NCBI GenBank assembly: GCA_963846575.1
Contig: CAWJWJ010000002.1
Location: 896,001 to 960,000 of the forward strand
Length of the DNA stretch: 64,000 bases
Direction: 5' to 3'
From: an uncultured Nitrospiraceae bacterium
Lineage (GTDB): Bacteria; Nitrospirota; Nitrospiria; Nitrospirales; Nitrospiraceae
Position 1 is the first letter of the stretch; the number at the start of each line of letters is the position of its first letter. This document shows positions 50,798 to 60,289 of the stretch, one piece after another. Position numbers and translations under genes: made by a program. The notes beneath the pieces are model-generated. The model saw only the letters and a program-made list of their open reading frames with translations, had not been told where the DNA came from and did not search any database.

Positions 50798-52504
50798 TCA
50801 CAGCTCCAATTCAGGTGCGTCCCTCCGGCTTGTTCGAATCTTCATCCGCTGGGGGCGCTGTGCGAGGGCCCGAAGGACATCCTCAATATAAAGGCCGTTC
50901 AGGAAGGCGACATAGGCGCGCGTCTCGAGGGTACCGACCCAGTCGGGAATCGAGAACCGCATGCCGTGGGCCCTGCCGTATAAGAGGATCCACACGGCGA
51001 CGATGAGGCAGGTCGCGAGAAAGACAACCGCATCGAAGAGGCCGGTAGGCCAGGCTGCCGTTTGAAAATAGGCTGCAGCCTGTCCCGGATCGGGATAGAG
51101 GAAATGGGTGAAGGATTCGCCCGCCCATAAATAGGTCCAGCCTATCAGGGCAAGCGTCGAGACCATCGTCAGGGACACTTTCCACGAGGCCACCGCGTGG
51201 AGGCGATAGAGACTGAAGATCGCTTGGGATGAGGTGACCCAGGCGAAGAACAGAAAAATCAAGGTGCTCTGCGTCTCAAACAGCGGGATACGAACGAGGC
51301 CATGAGCGGCGAGCAGGATGATCAGCGGTAACAGCAACGTGACCCCTAATCCGGTCGCCCAGGTGACCAGGGAGAAGCCCGGTATTTCTTCGACATGCTC
51401 GTGCGCGGGAAGTTTCAGCTCGGTGCGCGCTTTCTGAATGGTGGCTCCCGAATTGAGAAACAATGCGGCCTTGAACAGTCCATGGGCGCAGAGATGGTAC
51501 ACGGAGAGGGCAAAGGCCCCTAAGCCACATTCCATGATCATGTAACCCATCTGTCCCATCGTAGAATAGACGAGCGTGCGTTTGATGCTGTATTGGGTCA
51601 GCATCGTGGCGGCTCCGACCAGGGCCGTCAGCCCCCCGATAAGAAACATTAGATGAAGCGAGGCCGGCGCCACGCCGTAGAGCGGGGCCAGCCGGTTGAC
51701 CAAAAATCCTCCGGCATTGACGATCCCGGCGTGGAGCATCGCCGAGACAGGGGTCGGCGCCTCGATGGTCTCCGGCAACCACACGTGAAAGGGGAATTGG
51801 GCGGATTTCGTCATGATCGCGATCAAGATCAACAGCGTAATCGCCGTTACCGAGTTGAGTTCGAAGACCGTTCCGCTCCACAACGAAGGCGTAGCAGACG
51901 ATTGGATCCTACGAAACAATTCCGGGAGATCCAGCGTATCGAATTTGAGATAGATGAGAACACAGCCGAGTAGCAAGGCCGCATCGCCAAGTCCCTGCAC
52001 ATGCAACGTAATTCGTCCCGCCTTGCGTGCGGCGAGACTCGCCGGATTGAACGAGAGCAGGGCCATCAGCAACCAGCTGACAGCGTGCCAAAAGCCGAAC
52101 AGCCAGAACAGATTTCCACTGGTCACTAAGCTCAAGAGCACGAAGGTCAGCAGGCTCAGCAGGCTGAAGAATCGGACATAGGCCTGGTCGCCTTGCATGT
52201 AGCGCTGTGAAAACACGTGAATCACCAGGCTCACACCTGTGATGAGAACCATCATGACGGCGGAAAGGCGATCAATCAGGACCGTATACTGAATAGATTT
52301 GGGAAGGAAGCCGGAAAACGTAAGGAACACAGGCTCGCTCTGCACGACATGATACAGCGAAGCGAGCGCCGCGACTGTTGAGAGCGACAGGGCGCTGACG
52401 CCGAGAGTGGAGCTTCTCTCGCCAAATCTGGTTCCGAGAAGCGCGATCAGGCCGCTGGCCAGGAGTGGCGCAAAGACCGCAACAAGTGGAAAGAGAATAT
52501 CCAT
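50798..52504 (-). CDS. dabB: NuoL/ND5-like membrane subunit of the DAB inorganic carbon pump
   Basis: IDRLSAVM, KSAQFPFHVWLP, APTPVSAMLHAG, YSTMGQMG, HGLFKA; DUF2309 gene in the same cluster and no other nuo genes. Confidence 0.85.
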   Translation of the reverse strand: MDILFPLVAVFAPLLASGLIALLGTRFGERSSTLGVSALSLSTVAALASLYHVVQSEPVFLTFSGFLPKSIQYTVLIDRLSAVMMVLITGVSLVIHVFSQRYMQGDQAYVRFFSLLSLLTFVLLSLVTSGNLFWLFGFWHAVSWLLMALLSFNPASLAARKAGRITLHVQGLGDAALLLGCVLIYLKFDTLDLPELFRRIQSSATPSLWSGTVFELNSVTAITLLILIAIMTKSAQFPFHVWLPETIEAPTPVSAMLHAGIVNAGGFLVNRLAPLYGVAPASLHLMFLIGGLTALVGAATMLTQYSIKRTLVYSTMGQMGYMIMECGLGAFALSVYHLCAHGLFKAALFLNSGATIQKARTELKLPAHEHVEEIPGFSLVTWATGLGVTLLLPLIILLAAHGLVRIPLFETQSTLIFLFFAWVTSSQAIFSLYRLHAVASWKVSLTMVSTLALIGWTYLWAGESFTHFLYPDPGQAAAYFQTAAWPTGLFDAVVFLATCLIVAVWILLYGRAHGMRFSIPDWVGTLETRAYVAFLNGLYIEDVLRALAQRPQRMKIRTSRRDAPELEL

Positions 52505-52547
52505 GGTCCATCCTACTGTGGTGGTTCGTGATGTGTGAGACTGTATC

Positions 52548-52563
52548 AGCAAGAATAGGACCG
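52548..52563 (-). promoter_or_regulatory. Sigma54-type promoter of the dabB operon
   Basis: Minus strand CGGTCCTATTCTTGCT, 14/16 identical to the dabA element. Confidence 0.6.
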
Positions 52564-52670
52564 ACAGGTTGCCGAGGTGGCTACCTGAGGCAAGTCTCTG
52601 AAGCATGGGAGAAATTTTGATGAGGAGATATGGGGTTGGAGAGTGTGATCGCACCTTGACCGGAAGGGCT

Positions 52671-52703
52671 GTGTATGGGCGCACTGACTGTGCGGCGGTG
52701 CAC
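52671..52703. promoter_or_regulatory. Putative upstream activator sites (dabB)
   Basis: GTGT-ATGGGC-GCAC (52671) and GTGC-GGCGGT-GCAC (52690). Confidence 0.6.
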
Positions 52704-52954
52704 GAGTGAGCCACGGCATGGCATCACGGCTCGTTCGGCACGCCACCCCCCGAGAGTCTGTTCAGAGGGCGGTCCAAACGGGGGGCACACGTGCTTGGAG
52801 TCTAGCCTGTCCATTAGAGCGAGACTGTCTCCACAATCGGTTGCCTCCCCCCTTCGCCCCTCTTGAGATGCATAACCTGCCGCGCCGGTCTTGAGGACTA
52901 TCCCTGCCAATAGAGAATAAAGAAAAAATGACCCAAGAAGCCGATCGAGGGTGC

Positions 52955-52993
52955 TTGACAGGGCCGGTAGAGACGTGTAACCATTGGTTACAC
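52955..52993 (+). promoter_or_regulatory. Promoter and perfect palindromic operator of the repressor gene
   Basis: TTGACA at 52955; GTGTAACCA-T-TGGTTACAC at 52975-52993, 1 nt before the ATG. Confidence 0.75.
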
Positions 52994-52994
52994 C

Positions 52995-53543
52995 ATGACC
53001 GCCGATGAATTTCGCCACATCAGGGAACAATTAGGGCTGACGCAGGAGCAGCTCGCAGAGGCTCTGCGTACCACGCGTGTGTCGGTCGCTCGTTATGAGG
53101 CGGGCATGCGGCGAATTGGCGGGGCCGTCGAAGTGGCGGTCACGCAACTCTCGCGCAGGGTTGAGGTTCCAATGGCCGGAGTCGTGGCGGCCGGTCTGCC
53201 GATTGAACCGGTAGCTCAATCGGAATGGGTCGAGGTGCCACCCAGCATGGTGCGCTCGGGCGACACCTTCGCACTGCGTGTGAAAGGGGATTCCATGATC
53301 GAGCATGGCATCCTCGCGGGCGATCTGGTCGTCATCCGAAAGCAGGCGACTGCCCAAAATGGTCAGACGGTGGTGGCATTGGTGAACCGGGAAGCGACGA
53401 TCAAAACCTACTTCAAGCGCGAACGCCACATTGAACTCCGTCCTGCCAATGCCGCGATGAAGCCGTTTGTGGTGACAGCCGCGGACGAATTTACCATCGA
53501 GGGGGTGCTGGTCGGCGTGATTCGTCATTGCGATAACAGGTGA
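52995..53543 (+). CDS. XRE-HTH plus S24 peptidase (LexA/CI-like) repressor
   Basis: LGLTQEQLAEAL HTH; VAAG cleavage site, GDSM catalytic Ser, ATIK catalytic Lys. Confidence 0.9.
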   Translation: MTADEFRHIREQLGLTQEQLAEALRTTRVSVARYEAGMRRIGGAVEVAVTQLSRRVEVPMAGVVAAGLPIEPVAQSEWVEVPPSMVRSGDTFALRVKGDSMIEHGILAGDLVVIRKQATAQNGQTVVALVNREATIKTYFKRERHIELRPANAAMKPFVVTAADEFTIEGVLVGVIRHCDNR

Positions 53544-53558
53544 TCCAAGGAGGGCACG

Positions 53559-53804
53559 ATGATGACTCAGCAGCAGGCAATGGTTGAACGTGTGGCTGAA
53601 CTGGAACGGATGATCGTCCGGCTGAACGGGCGGATAGGAGAACTTCAACGTGAACTCAAGCAGGGGAAGGGTGCGTTCATTGGGTGGTCCGGTGGCTCCT
53701 CCAGAATACGAACGTTTCTAGGAGGATTCAAACCCATCACCTCCACCCCGAGTCCAATCCGAGAGAACAGGAGGGTCCAACGCCATGATCTCTGTCTCTT
53801 CTGA
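53559..53804 (+). CDS. Small coiled-coil hypothetical protein
   Basis: AAGGAGG RBS, heptad-like N-terminus. Confidence 0.5.
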   Translation: MMTQQQAMVERVAELERMIVRLNGRIGELQRELKQGKGAFIGWSGGSSRIRTFLGGFKPITSTPSPIRENRRVQRHDLCLF

Positions 53805-53967
53805 CATTGACACAGCGACTGCCGGTTGTTGCGCTGACTGCGGTCAGATGGTTCTGCGGCGAACGCCGCTCCTCGACGAGCACATCAAAGTGACTCGGGA
53901 AGTCTGTATCCGCTGTCTGGTCCTGGCCTATCAACGTCGTCAGTTTGAATCGGGCTGTTGCGGGTGA
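53785..53967 (+). CDS. Small Cys-rich hypothetical protein
   Basis: AGGAGG RBS; CCADC...CIRC...CC. Confidence 0.55.
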   Translation: MISVSSDIDTATAGCCADCGQMVLRRTPLLDEHIKVTREVCIRCLVLAYQRRQFESGCCG

Positions 53968-54111
53968 CGGCTCTTTTTCAGGCGGGCGGCATGTGCCAGG
54001 CGCCGGGTGACGCGACATGTGTTAGAGTCTAATGGTCTGCCCGTAGCTGCTGAGTCCATAGAGCGCCATCGGGCCATGTTCTTCATGTCTCACGTGGAGA
54101 TGGAGCCAGCC

Positions 54112-54585
54112 ATGAAACCTTTCCGCCAGTCCTCTTCTATGTGTATGGCCGCAGCCGCCCTGGGAACGGTGCTTTCGGGGGGAATGTTGTTTGCCCAGCC
54201 CGACCCAAAAGACACGTTCGATCATCACGACACCCGGGTCTTCAAGGCGGCAGCTTGCACCAAAGATCATCGGCCCATGGAAGCCCTCTACTATATCGTC
54301 GCCAGCCGATCCGATCTGGCGACGGGAAAGCCGTCTCCATCAGCTCAGCTCATGAAAGATGAGGTTGATAACAATTGGCGGCAGGTAACCTCGCGGTTGA
54401 CCATGGAACAGGTCATGGAGGAACGCTTTGCAGACACCTACCACGCGCTCTTGAACGAGCTGGTTCCCCAGTTGCAGCAGACGGTGGAGGAAAAGACCGG
54501 CGTATCAATCTCCGTATCAGAGGTCAACAGCAGACCCATGGACCAGGCAAAGGACAACGACGTTCCGGCCTGCGCTTCTCAGTAA
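54112..54585 (+). CDS. Secreted hypothetical protein
   Basis: Signal peptide (LFA-Q), paired Cys. Confidence 0.65.
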   Translation: MKPFRQSSSMCMAAAALGTVLSGGMLFAQPDPKDTFDHHDTRVFKAAACTKDHRPMEALYYIVASRSDLATGKPSPSAQLMKDEVDNNWRQVTSRLTMEQVMEERFADTYHALLNELVPQLQQTVEEKTGVSISVSEVNSRPMDQAKDNDVPACASQ

Positions 54586-55131
54586 GCAACTTTCTTGCAA
54601 AGAGATCTTTGTGATGCGATAGGGCTGGATCGGCCGTGGGGTGACGTAATCCACAGCCCAACCTGTCCTGTGCCCCTTGCCGAGCTGAACCTATCCGGCT
54701 GAACCGTCATGTGTGAGTGCAGGCATCGGCTTGAAACCACGTGGCGAAGGCCGCAGGAAAACGAATCCCGTCGCTGATGAGGAACATCGGTCACCCGGCG
54801 CAACCTGCGGCGGATTTTGTGAGGACAAAGGGGCCTAGTTTGTAGGAAAGATCGGCGGGAACCCGGACGACCCGCGGCCTATTGGTTCCACCGGGCTTGA
54901 ACGGACTGGCTGAAAACCGCATGAACAGGGGGTGCAGCGAAGACAGAAGACCGCCAACGATGAGGCAGCGGTAGGCACCCGGCACCCTTCCGCACCCTGT
55001 TTTGAGGAAGGGCGTGGTCTCACCGCCCTAAAAAGGCATGGCTACAGAGGGCTTTTTCTATACAACAAAGGGGTTGGCTCTCTGTGGCACGGCCCTTACA
55101 TTTCGCCCTGCCTCGCCCGGCCTGGCAGTCT

Positions 55132-55536
55132 TTACAGTTGATTCAGATACTCTCGCATTCGTTCAACGATGGCGCGGTCGTGCCCAATCATTTTCAGCGC
55201 ATGGGTTTCGTCAGGAGAAAACCATCCCATCGCCTGTCCTTCACCTAATTGGAGGGGTTGGTCCTGATATTGTTCCACAAACACATACTTCGTGTTCATA
55301 TCCTCTTCATCTCTAACTGTCTGCTCCATGAGAAAGTATGGGTTTCGTACGTGATACGATAGTTCTTCTAAGACCTCGCGTTCCAGTGCGTCCGTCGGAC
55401 TTTCTCCTTCTTCAATACCGCCTCCAAAAAAGGCCCAGTAATTGGGCAGCCGAAACGCATCGTGCGACCGATGCTGAAGGAGTATTTGCCCTGAAGCGGT
55501 GTAGAGAATGAACAGCGAAACGTTTCGTACAGCCAT
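55132..55536 (-). CDS. NUDIX hydrolase
   Basis: GGGIEEGESPTDALEREVLEEL Nudix box. Confidence 0.88.
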   Translation of the reverse strand: MAVRNVSLFILYTASGQILLQHRSHDAFRLPNYWAFFGGGIEEGESPTDALEREVLEELSYHVRNPYFLMEQTVRDEEDMNTKYVFVEQYQDQPLQLGEGQAMGWFSPDETHALKMIGHDRAIVERMREYLNQL

Positions 55537-55747
55537 TGTTCACCATAACCTATGGACTCCGGACAGGTGAAGAACTTCTCACTCAACCGGAAACTCCTCT
55601 TAGTCAAACAGTTTCCTCACAATGCCTCATTCATGATGCTCTGTGCCTTATCGCGACATGAGCTGAACTAGGACTATCGCTAGCACCATCTCTCAGGAAG
55701 ATCGGGTACAAGCCTAGCCTGCACTTCATCTGAAGGGAGGCGTGGGT

Positions 55748-55924
55748 ATGGAAGCCGCCACGAACAGTTCGACCGCGAAGACCTGTGGGCATCTGGGGTG
55801 TTCGTGTCAGGTGGCAGGGGATTATCCTTACTGCAGCCCCGAGTGTGCGTCCACTGCAAAGGTGACCACCGAGTCGGTGACGTGTCCTTGCCCGCATACT
55901 GCGTGCACAGTCGTTCAACAGTAA
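55748..55924 (+). CDS. Metallothionein-like Cys/His-rich peptide
   Basis: GGGAGG RBS; CGHLGCSC...YCSPEC...CPCPHTAC. Confidence 0.6.
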   Translation: MEAATNSSTAKTCGHLGCSCQVAGDYPYCSPECASTAKVTTESVTCPCPHTACTVVQQ

Positions 55925-56576
55925 TCGCAGAGGTCAAGCCAGCGTCACAACTCGATTGTCTGGGGAATCGGCTGCGGTTGCCGCCCACACGAGCCAGAAG
56001 CTATTTTCGCGCCATTCAAGGGGGTGCAGGATGGCATCGAAGACCACATGGGCGGTGGGTGGCTTGATGGGTCTGCTGACCTGATGCGCTTGAGTGCGTC
56101 CCCCTAGGCTCAATTACACCTGGCTGTGAGCGGTTGAACCACGTTCCACCACTTCCGTGTTGGGCGTAACTCCACAAGTTGGCAGAGCGGGAATCAATCG
56201 TTGACGAATAGTCTAGGAAGGTTCGCGGTAGCTTCGGCTAGGCACGTCAGATGCACCTTTGCGGTAGGGGTGTGATTGAGGGGTACGTGTCACTAGCCGC
56301 TTGGATAGGATGGCCAGGATCGCGAGGGACAGCATTGTGAGAACACGGGCTAACATGTCTCACCATATCGCCCTGCGAGGAAGGTGTCAAACGCTACCGG
56401 GTCACGCAGTGTTGCGAATCGGATTTTGAAACTATCTAAACCACTCTCACTTCCCCACTTTTAAGCTCATAGACCCAATCCCCGGCAAAGCAGTCTCTGC
56501 GTCTAGTTGCATAGAGTTAAAGGCTGTGGCCTTATAGGCGATGTGACGCGCATCAAACCCACATGAGAGGACTATC

Positions 56577-56795
56577 ATGACGCCACTACAGATCAAGGTT
56601 TCGATGGTCGGCGTATTTGCACTTACTGCATTAATTGGCTGCGAAGGACATAAGCACGATAGGCAGCTCCCACCGCCTTCAGGGGCATCCGTTCACAAAT
56701 CCCCCTCTCATGCCGGATCACCGGCCACTCAAGGCTCAATGCCCGTCCCAGCGCCAATCGGACCTGATAACGGCGGTGATCAAACGATTCGGTAA
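56577..56795 (+). CDS. Small Pro-rich lipoprotein (paralogue of 62023..62244)
   Basis: Lipobox LIGC; GAGGA RBS. Confidence 0.65.
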   Translation: MTPLQIKVSMVGVFALTALIGCEGHKHDRQLPPPSGASVHKSPSHAGSPATQGSMPVPAPIGPDNGGDQTIR

Positions 56796-56829
56796 CGGCT
56801 GTGTCGCTTGGGAGGGATGGCGCACACTC

Positions 56830-56945
56830 ATTCGGTCTGGTCAGTCCTGCGCCAACGTCTGGAATCAATAGACGGGCGTCCCGACATCACCTCCGAGGTT
56901 GGAGCGGGGACCCGCGCCACGCTTGTGGTGCCTAGGAGCCGCTAG
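56830..56945 (+). pseudogene. Remnant of a NarX-type histidine kinase C-terminus
   Basis: FGLVS / RLESIDGRPDITSEVGAGTRATLVVP*. Confidence 0.45.
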
Positions 56946-57039
56946 GTTTGATTCTATATCGCTCGACGAGATGTGCCGCCGTGCCTTCTGCGGATAACGT
57001 CAGTTGATCTATCAATCCCTGACCAAGCCCGACAAGGGG

Positions 57040-57413
57040 AACCTACAGAGAACACTCTCGATGGAGCACGTCCACCAGTTACCCCGGAACGAGTTCCTTG
57101 GGCAGAAACGCTCGGGCACCGGCAGACAGGAACGCGCGCTCGACCCAGCCGCTCCTGTCTGAAGACATCCCAATGATACACGAGTCGGGCACGATCTCAC
57201 GAATTTGACGGGCCGCCTCGATCCCGTGCATCCGCGGCATCTGCATGCCCATCAAGACGACATCTGGCCGGACCGTTTGGCAGAGGTGGATCGCCTCCAT
57301 GCCATCGGCCGCTTCGCCGATGACTTTTAGATCGGGTGCCCGTCGAGGATGGCCCGCAATGTGCGTCGCATCGATGCATGGTCATCCACTACTCAGACAC
57401 CGATCGTAGACAT
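57040..57413 (-). pseudogene. Degraded response-regulator receiver domain
   Basis: VVDDH...VIGEAADGMEAI...PDVVLM..QMP.MHGIEAARQI with in-frame stops and a frameshift. Confidence 0.7.
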
Positions 57414-57709
57414 TGAATTGTTATAGCCTAGGGACACGATCGTCTACTGGCATGAAAGCATCAAATCAGGCCTGCCCCGCTACGGAGCGGCATCTGGGGA
57501 AGCCCCTAAGGCTCTTCCCCTCGCTGGCAGAAGCAGCGGTAGAGACGGGCGGATTCTATGGGAGGAGGATCTCATCTGTAGGCCGCAACAGGGGTTTGGC
57601 ATAGCTGCGCAGCCGGAGAATGAGGCGTCTAATAACAACTGGCGGAACACCCTATAAGGGTGAGCCGCCACGGTACACCACCCTGCTAGAAAATGAAGGA
57701 GAACGTCTC

Positions 57710-58003
57710 ATGCACAAAGAAGAAGTGTCTCGTACGCTGTTCGCTTTGATGGCCGGCGCCACGGTCGGGGCTGGCGTCGGGCTTTTATTGGCGCCCCAAA
57801 CAGGATCGCAGTTTCGCTCATCCCTGCGTAACTTGACGAGACAAGCCACGGACCAAGCGGATCAGTCAACGAAGGACCGCACGCAATCGAGTGCCATGCG
57901 GGAAACAGCCGGCGAGTCAGGCGTCCCCGAGCTGGGCCTGGAAGGTGGGGGGCGGTCAGCACAAAAAGATCATACGATCGGTGATACCGGACAAGACAAT
58001 TGA
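57710..58003 (+). CDS. YtxH-domain protein
   Basis: GATVGAGVGLLLAPQTGSQFR; AAGGAG RBS. Confidence 0.75.
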   Translation: MHKEEVSRTLFALMAGATVGAGVGLLLAPQTGSQFRSSLRNLTRQATDQADQSTKDRTQSSAMRETAGESGVPELGLEGGGRSAQKDHTIGDTGQDN

Positions 58004-58039
58004 CAAGACAACAGAAGCGCCGATGACGACATCGCTGCT

Positions 58040-58190
58040 CGTGGGCTTGTTGGCATTCTCATCGGCGGCGTCGCCGTTCTGTTACCGGCTCCTTCTATGG
58101 CGGCGCTCGTGTGGCTGTTCGGCGGCTATGCGTTACTGGACGGACTCTTCAACATCGTGACCGTGTGGCGACGTGGGCGGACGCGTCGTG
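58040..58190 (+). pseudogene. HdeD/DUF308-like membrane protein remnant
   Basis: ALVWLFGGYALLDGLFNIV fragment with no intact start. Confidence 0.4.
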
Positions 58191-58329
58191 GCGGCCTGCT
58201 GAGTCATGTTTCTACTCGCGCCTCAAGCGGGAGTGGTTGTGCCGGTCTGGCTCTGAGGGGCCTACACGGCGGCTGCGCACGGCGTGGCTCATGTCTAGGA
58301 GCCACTATACGGGTCAGCCGTCGCTCCTG

Positions 58330-58590
58330 GACTAGCACGCCATGTTGGACGCACTCTTCTCGGCCTCATTGACGGTGCTACGCCTTCTGACGCCTCGCGA
58401 CGCCGAATATCGAGGCGGTAAAGGTCTACCGCCCATATCACAGGCTGGTAACACCCTTGCCAAAGATGCGGCAGGACGCCATCTCGCTGATTCAACTGGC
58501 CACGGCCGCAGGCTGCCGCGCCTGTGTATTGGTGGATAACCGCACGGAGGGCAATGCGCCACGGACCATCCAGGCGCCGATAAATCGAAC
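58330..58590 (+). pseudogene. DUF72-like C-terminal remnant
   Basis: VLRLLTP...LPKMRQDA...VLVDNRTEGNAPRTIQA across frames. Confidence 0.4.
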
Positions 58591-58766
58591 AAGGAGTCCA
58601 CGCCACGACGAGAGCGTCACGTACAAGGAGAGTCTCTCGGGTAGGACACCATCGTCCCCTCTCACGGGGTCGCTCAACGCCTGAGGATACAAAGCAGAAG
58701 GCCGTCGAGGGCCTCACGAGGCAGTCGGTGGTAGAAATATCATTTGATCTGTTGGGAGAACATCAC

Positions 58767-59672
58767 ATGGCCATCGTGGCAGTGACGGCGAAGCAGGATA
58801 TTGCGCGTAGCATTGACGAAGCATTGGGACTTCTCGATCTGGACTTCCTCCGAGGCAAACGTGTCGCGATCAAACCCAACGAAACGTGGGCATCCAAAGA
58901 CGACTGCACCGGCGTGACCCAGCCCGACACCTTACGTGCCGTGCTGCGGCATATCAAACAGCATGGGCCACGGGAGATCATCGTGACCGGGGGCGCCGGA
59001 TCGGCTGAAACGGACGACGTGTTCCGCATTGCCGGGCTGATGAAGGTCGTCGAAGAAGAAGGAGCCCAGTTTTTCGATCATAACCGCGCTCCTTTTGTGT
59101 CTGTCGATCTCGACTACGGCGGGAATGCCGAAGTTCGCGGACCGCAACGCGCGGTCATGGTCAACCCGCGCGTGTTGGAGTATGAGGCCCTCATTGCGGT
59201 CAATCAATTGAAGCTGCATGAAACGGCGACCGTGACCTTGGGGCTCAAGAACATCGCCATGTCGTTCCCGGCTGCTGACTACTATGGGCATCCTCGATCC
59301 ACGCAGCGTCACGGCAATCACTTTTTTGAAGACATGCACTCCTTCATCGCCGCGATGGCCAAACGGTTCCCCACCGATCTCGCGGTGACCGTGGGACATC
59401 CGGCGATGATCGGGACGGGTCCGTTAGGAGGCCATGCGGTGGAAACCGGAATCACGATTGCGTCCACCGATGCGCTCGCCGCGGATGTCGTAGGCGCTCG
59501 CCTGCTGGGGTTCACGTCCCAGGCCGTCCGGCATTTATGGGAAGCCGCTCGTCTGGAGATCGGCGAAAGCTCCCTGGACCGGATGACATTTCCGGGTCTG
59601 ACCTTAAAGGAGGCGATCGGGGCGTTCACTGAAGCGGCCTATGGAAAGCGCCTCGACTTTGATCATGCGTGA
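58767..59672 (+). CDS. DUF362 domain protein
   Basis: VAIKPN, LKLHET..VTLGLKN, ASTDALAADVVGARLLG. Confidence 0.85.
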   Translation: MAIVAVTAKQDIARSIDEALGLLDLDFLRGKRVAIKPNETWASKDDCTGVTQPDTLRAVLRHIKQHGPREIIVTGGAGSAETDDVFRIAGLMKVVEEEGAQFFDHNRAPFVSVDLDYGGNAEVRGPQRAVMVNPRVLEYEALIAVNQLKLHETATVTLGLKNIAMSFPAADYYGHPRSTQRHGNHFFEDMHSFIAAMAKRFPTDLAVTVGHPAMIGTGPLGGHAVETGITIASTDALAADVVGARLLGFTSQAVRHLWEAARLEIGESSLDRMTFPGLTLKEAIGAFTEAAYGKRLDFDHA

Positions 59673-59706
59673 TTGCGCGCGGCTCATTTTCGTTCAAGGA
59701 GGGACC

Positions 59707-59991
59707 GTGTACATATTGTTCGGCTGGGCAGGAATCGCATTCTTGATCGCGATCACCGCCGCAGTGGTCGGTTTCACGGACTTGGCCCCAGGCGCTGCAG
59801 AGACTGCACGAATGGTCTTCTATCTGATTTTTGTTCTCTCTCTGCTCCTCCTTCTGATCGGATTCATCGTGGTCAGAAAGGTCACCGCGTTTGCCCGCGG
59901 CTTCGGTATCAATGTGAGCTTAGGAGGACTGTTGGGAATGATGAAGTGGGTCCAGCTTCTGCGGATGGGACGACGAGGGTTCAGGCGATGA
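59707..59991 (+). CDS. DUF1328 (UPF0391) small membrane protein with a C-terminal extension
   Basis: WAGIAFLIAITAAVVGFT.LA.GAAETARMVF. Confidence 0.7.
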   Translation: MYILFGWAGIAFLIAITAAVVGFTDLAPGAAETARMVFYLIFVLSLLLLLIGFIVVRKVTAFARGFGINVSLGGLLGMMKWVQLLRMGRRGFRR

Positions 59992-60289
59992 ATCAGGACA
60001 AGGACAAAACATTTTCAAAGGGCTGGACTGACGACTGCTTCCCCCGTCATACCCTACGCGGTTCGCATCATATCTAACTGGGGTGACGGAGACGTCGACT
60101 CGGCCCATGGATGCATCTCAATTACCATTCCATAGTGCGGAGGAGTGATCTCCAGCCCCCCTGCCGCGGCTCCCGTCTCTGATATTGTTCTCTTCGACAC
60201 ATCCACCTGGACCTTTGAAGGCTGGCAAGGGCACGTCTGTCGCCGCAAGTATGCACCCATGGCCCGCACGCGAGACTGTCTGTTCCTGA

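Noticed and set aside
50798..52504. Complex I subunit NuoL or Mrp antiporter
   Set aside because: No other nuo or mrp genes; DUF2309 and PII context indicate DabB
52995..53543. Canonical LexA
   Set aside because: N-terminal domain is an XRE HTH, not the LexA winged helix
54755..54790. Hammerhead ribozyme-like words GAAAAC...GTC and CTGATGA
   Set aside because: Only one base separates GTC from CTGATGA, so stem I cannot form and the core topology is wrong
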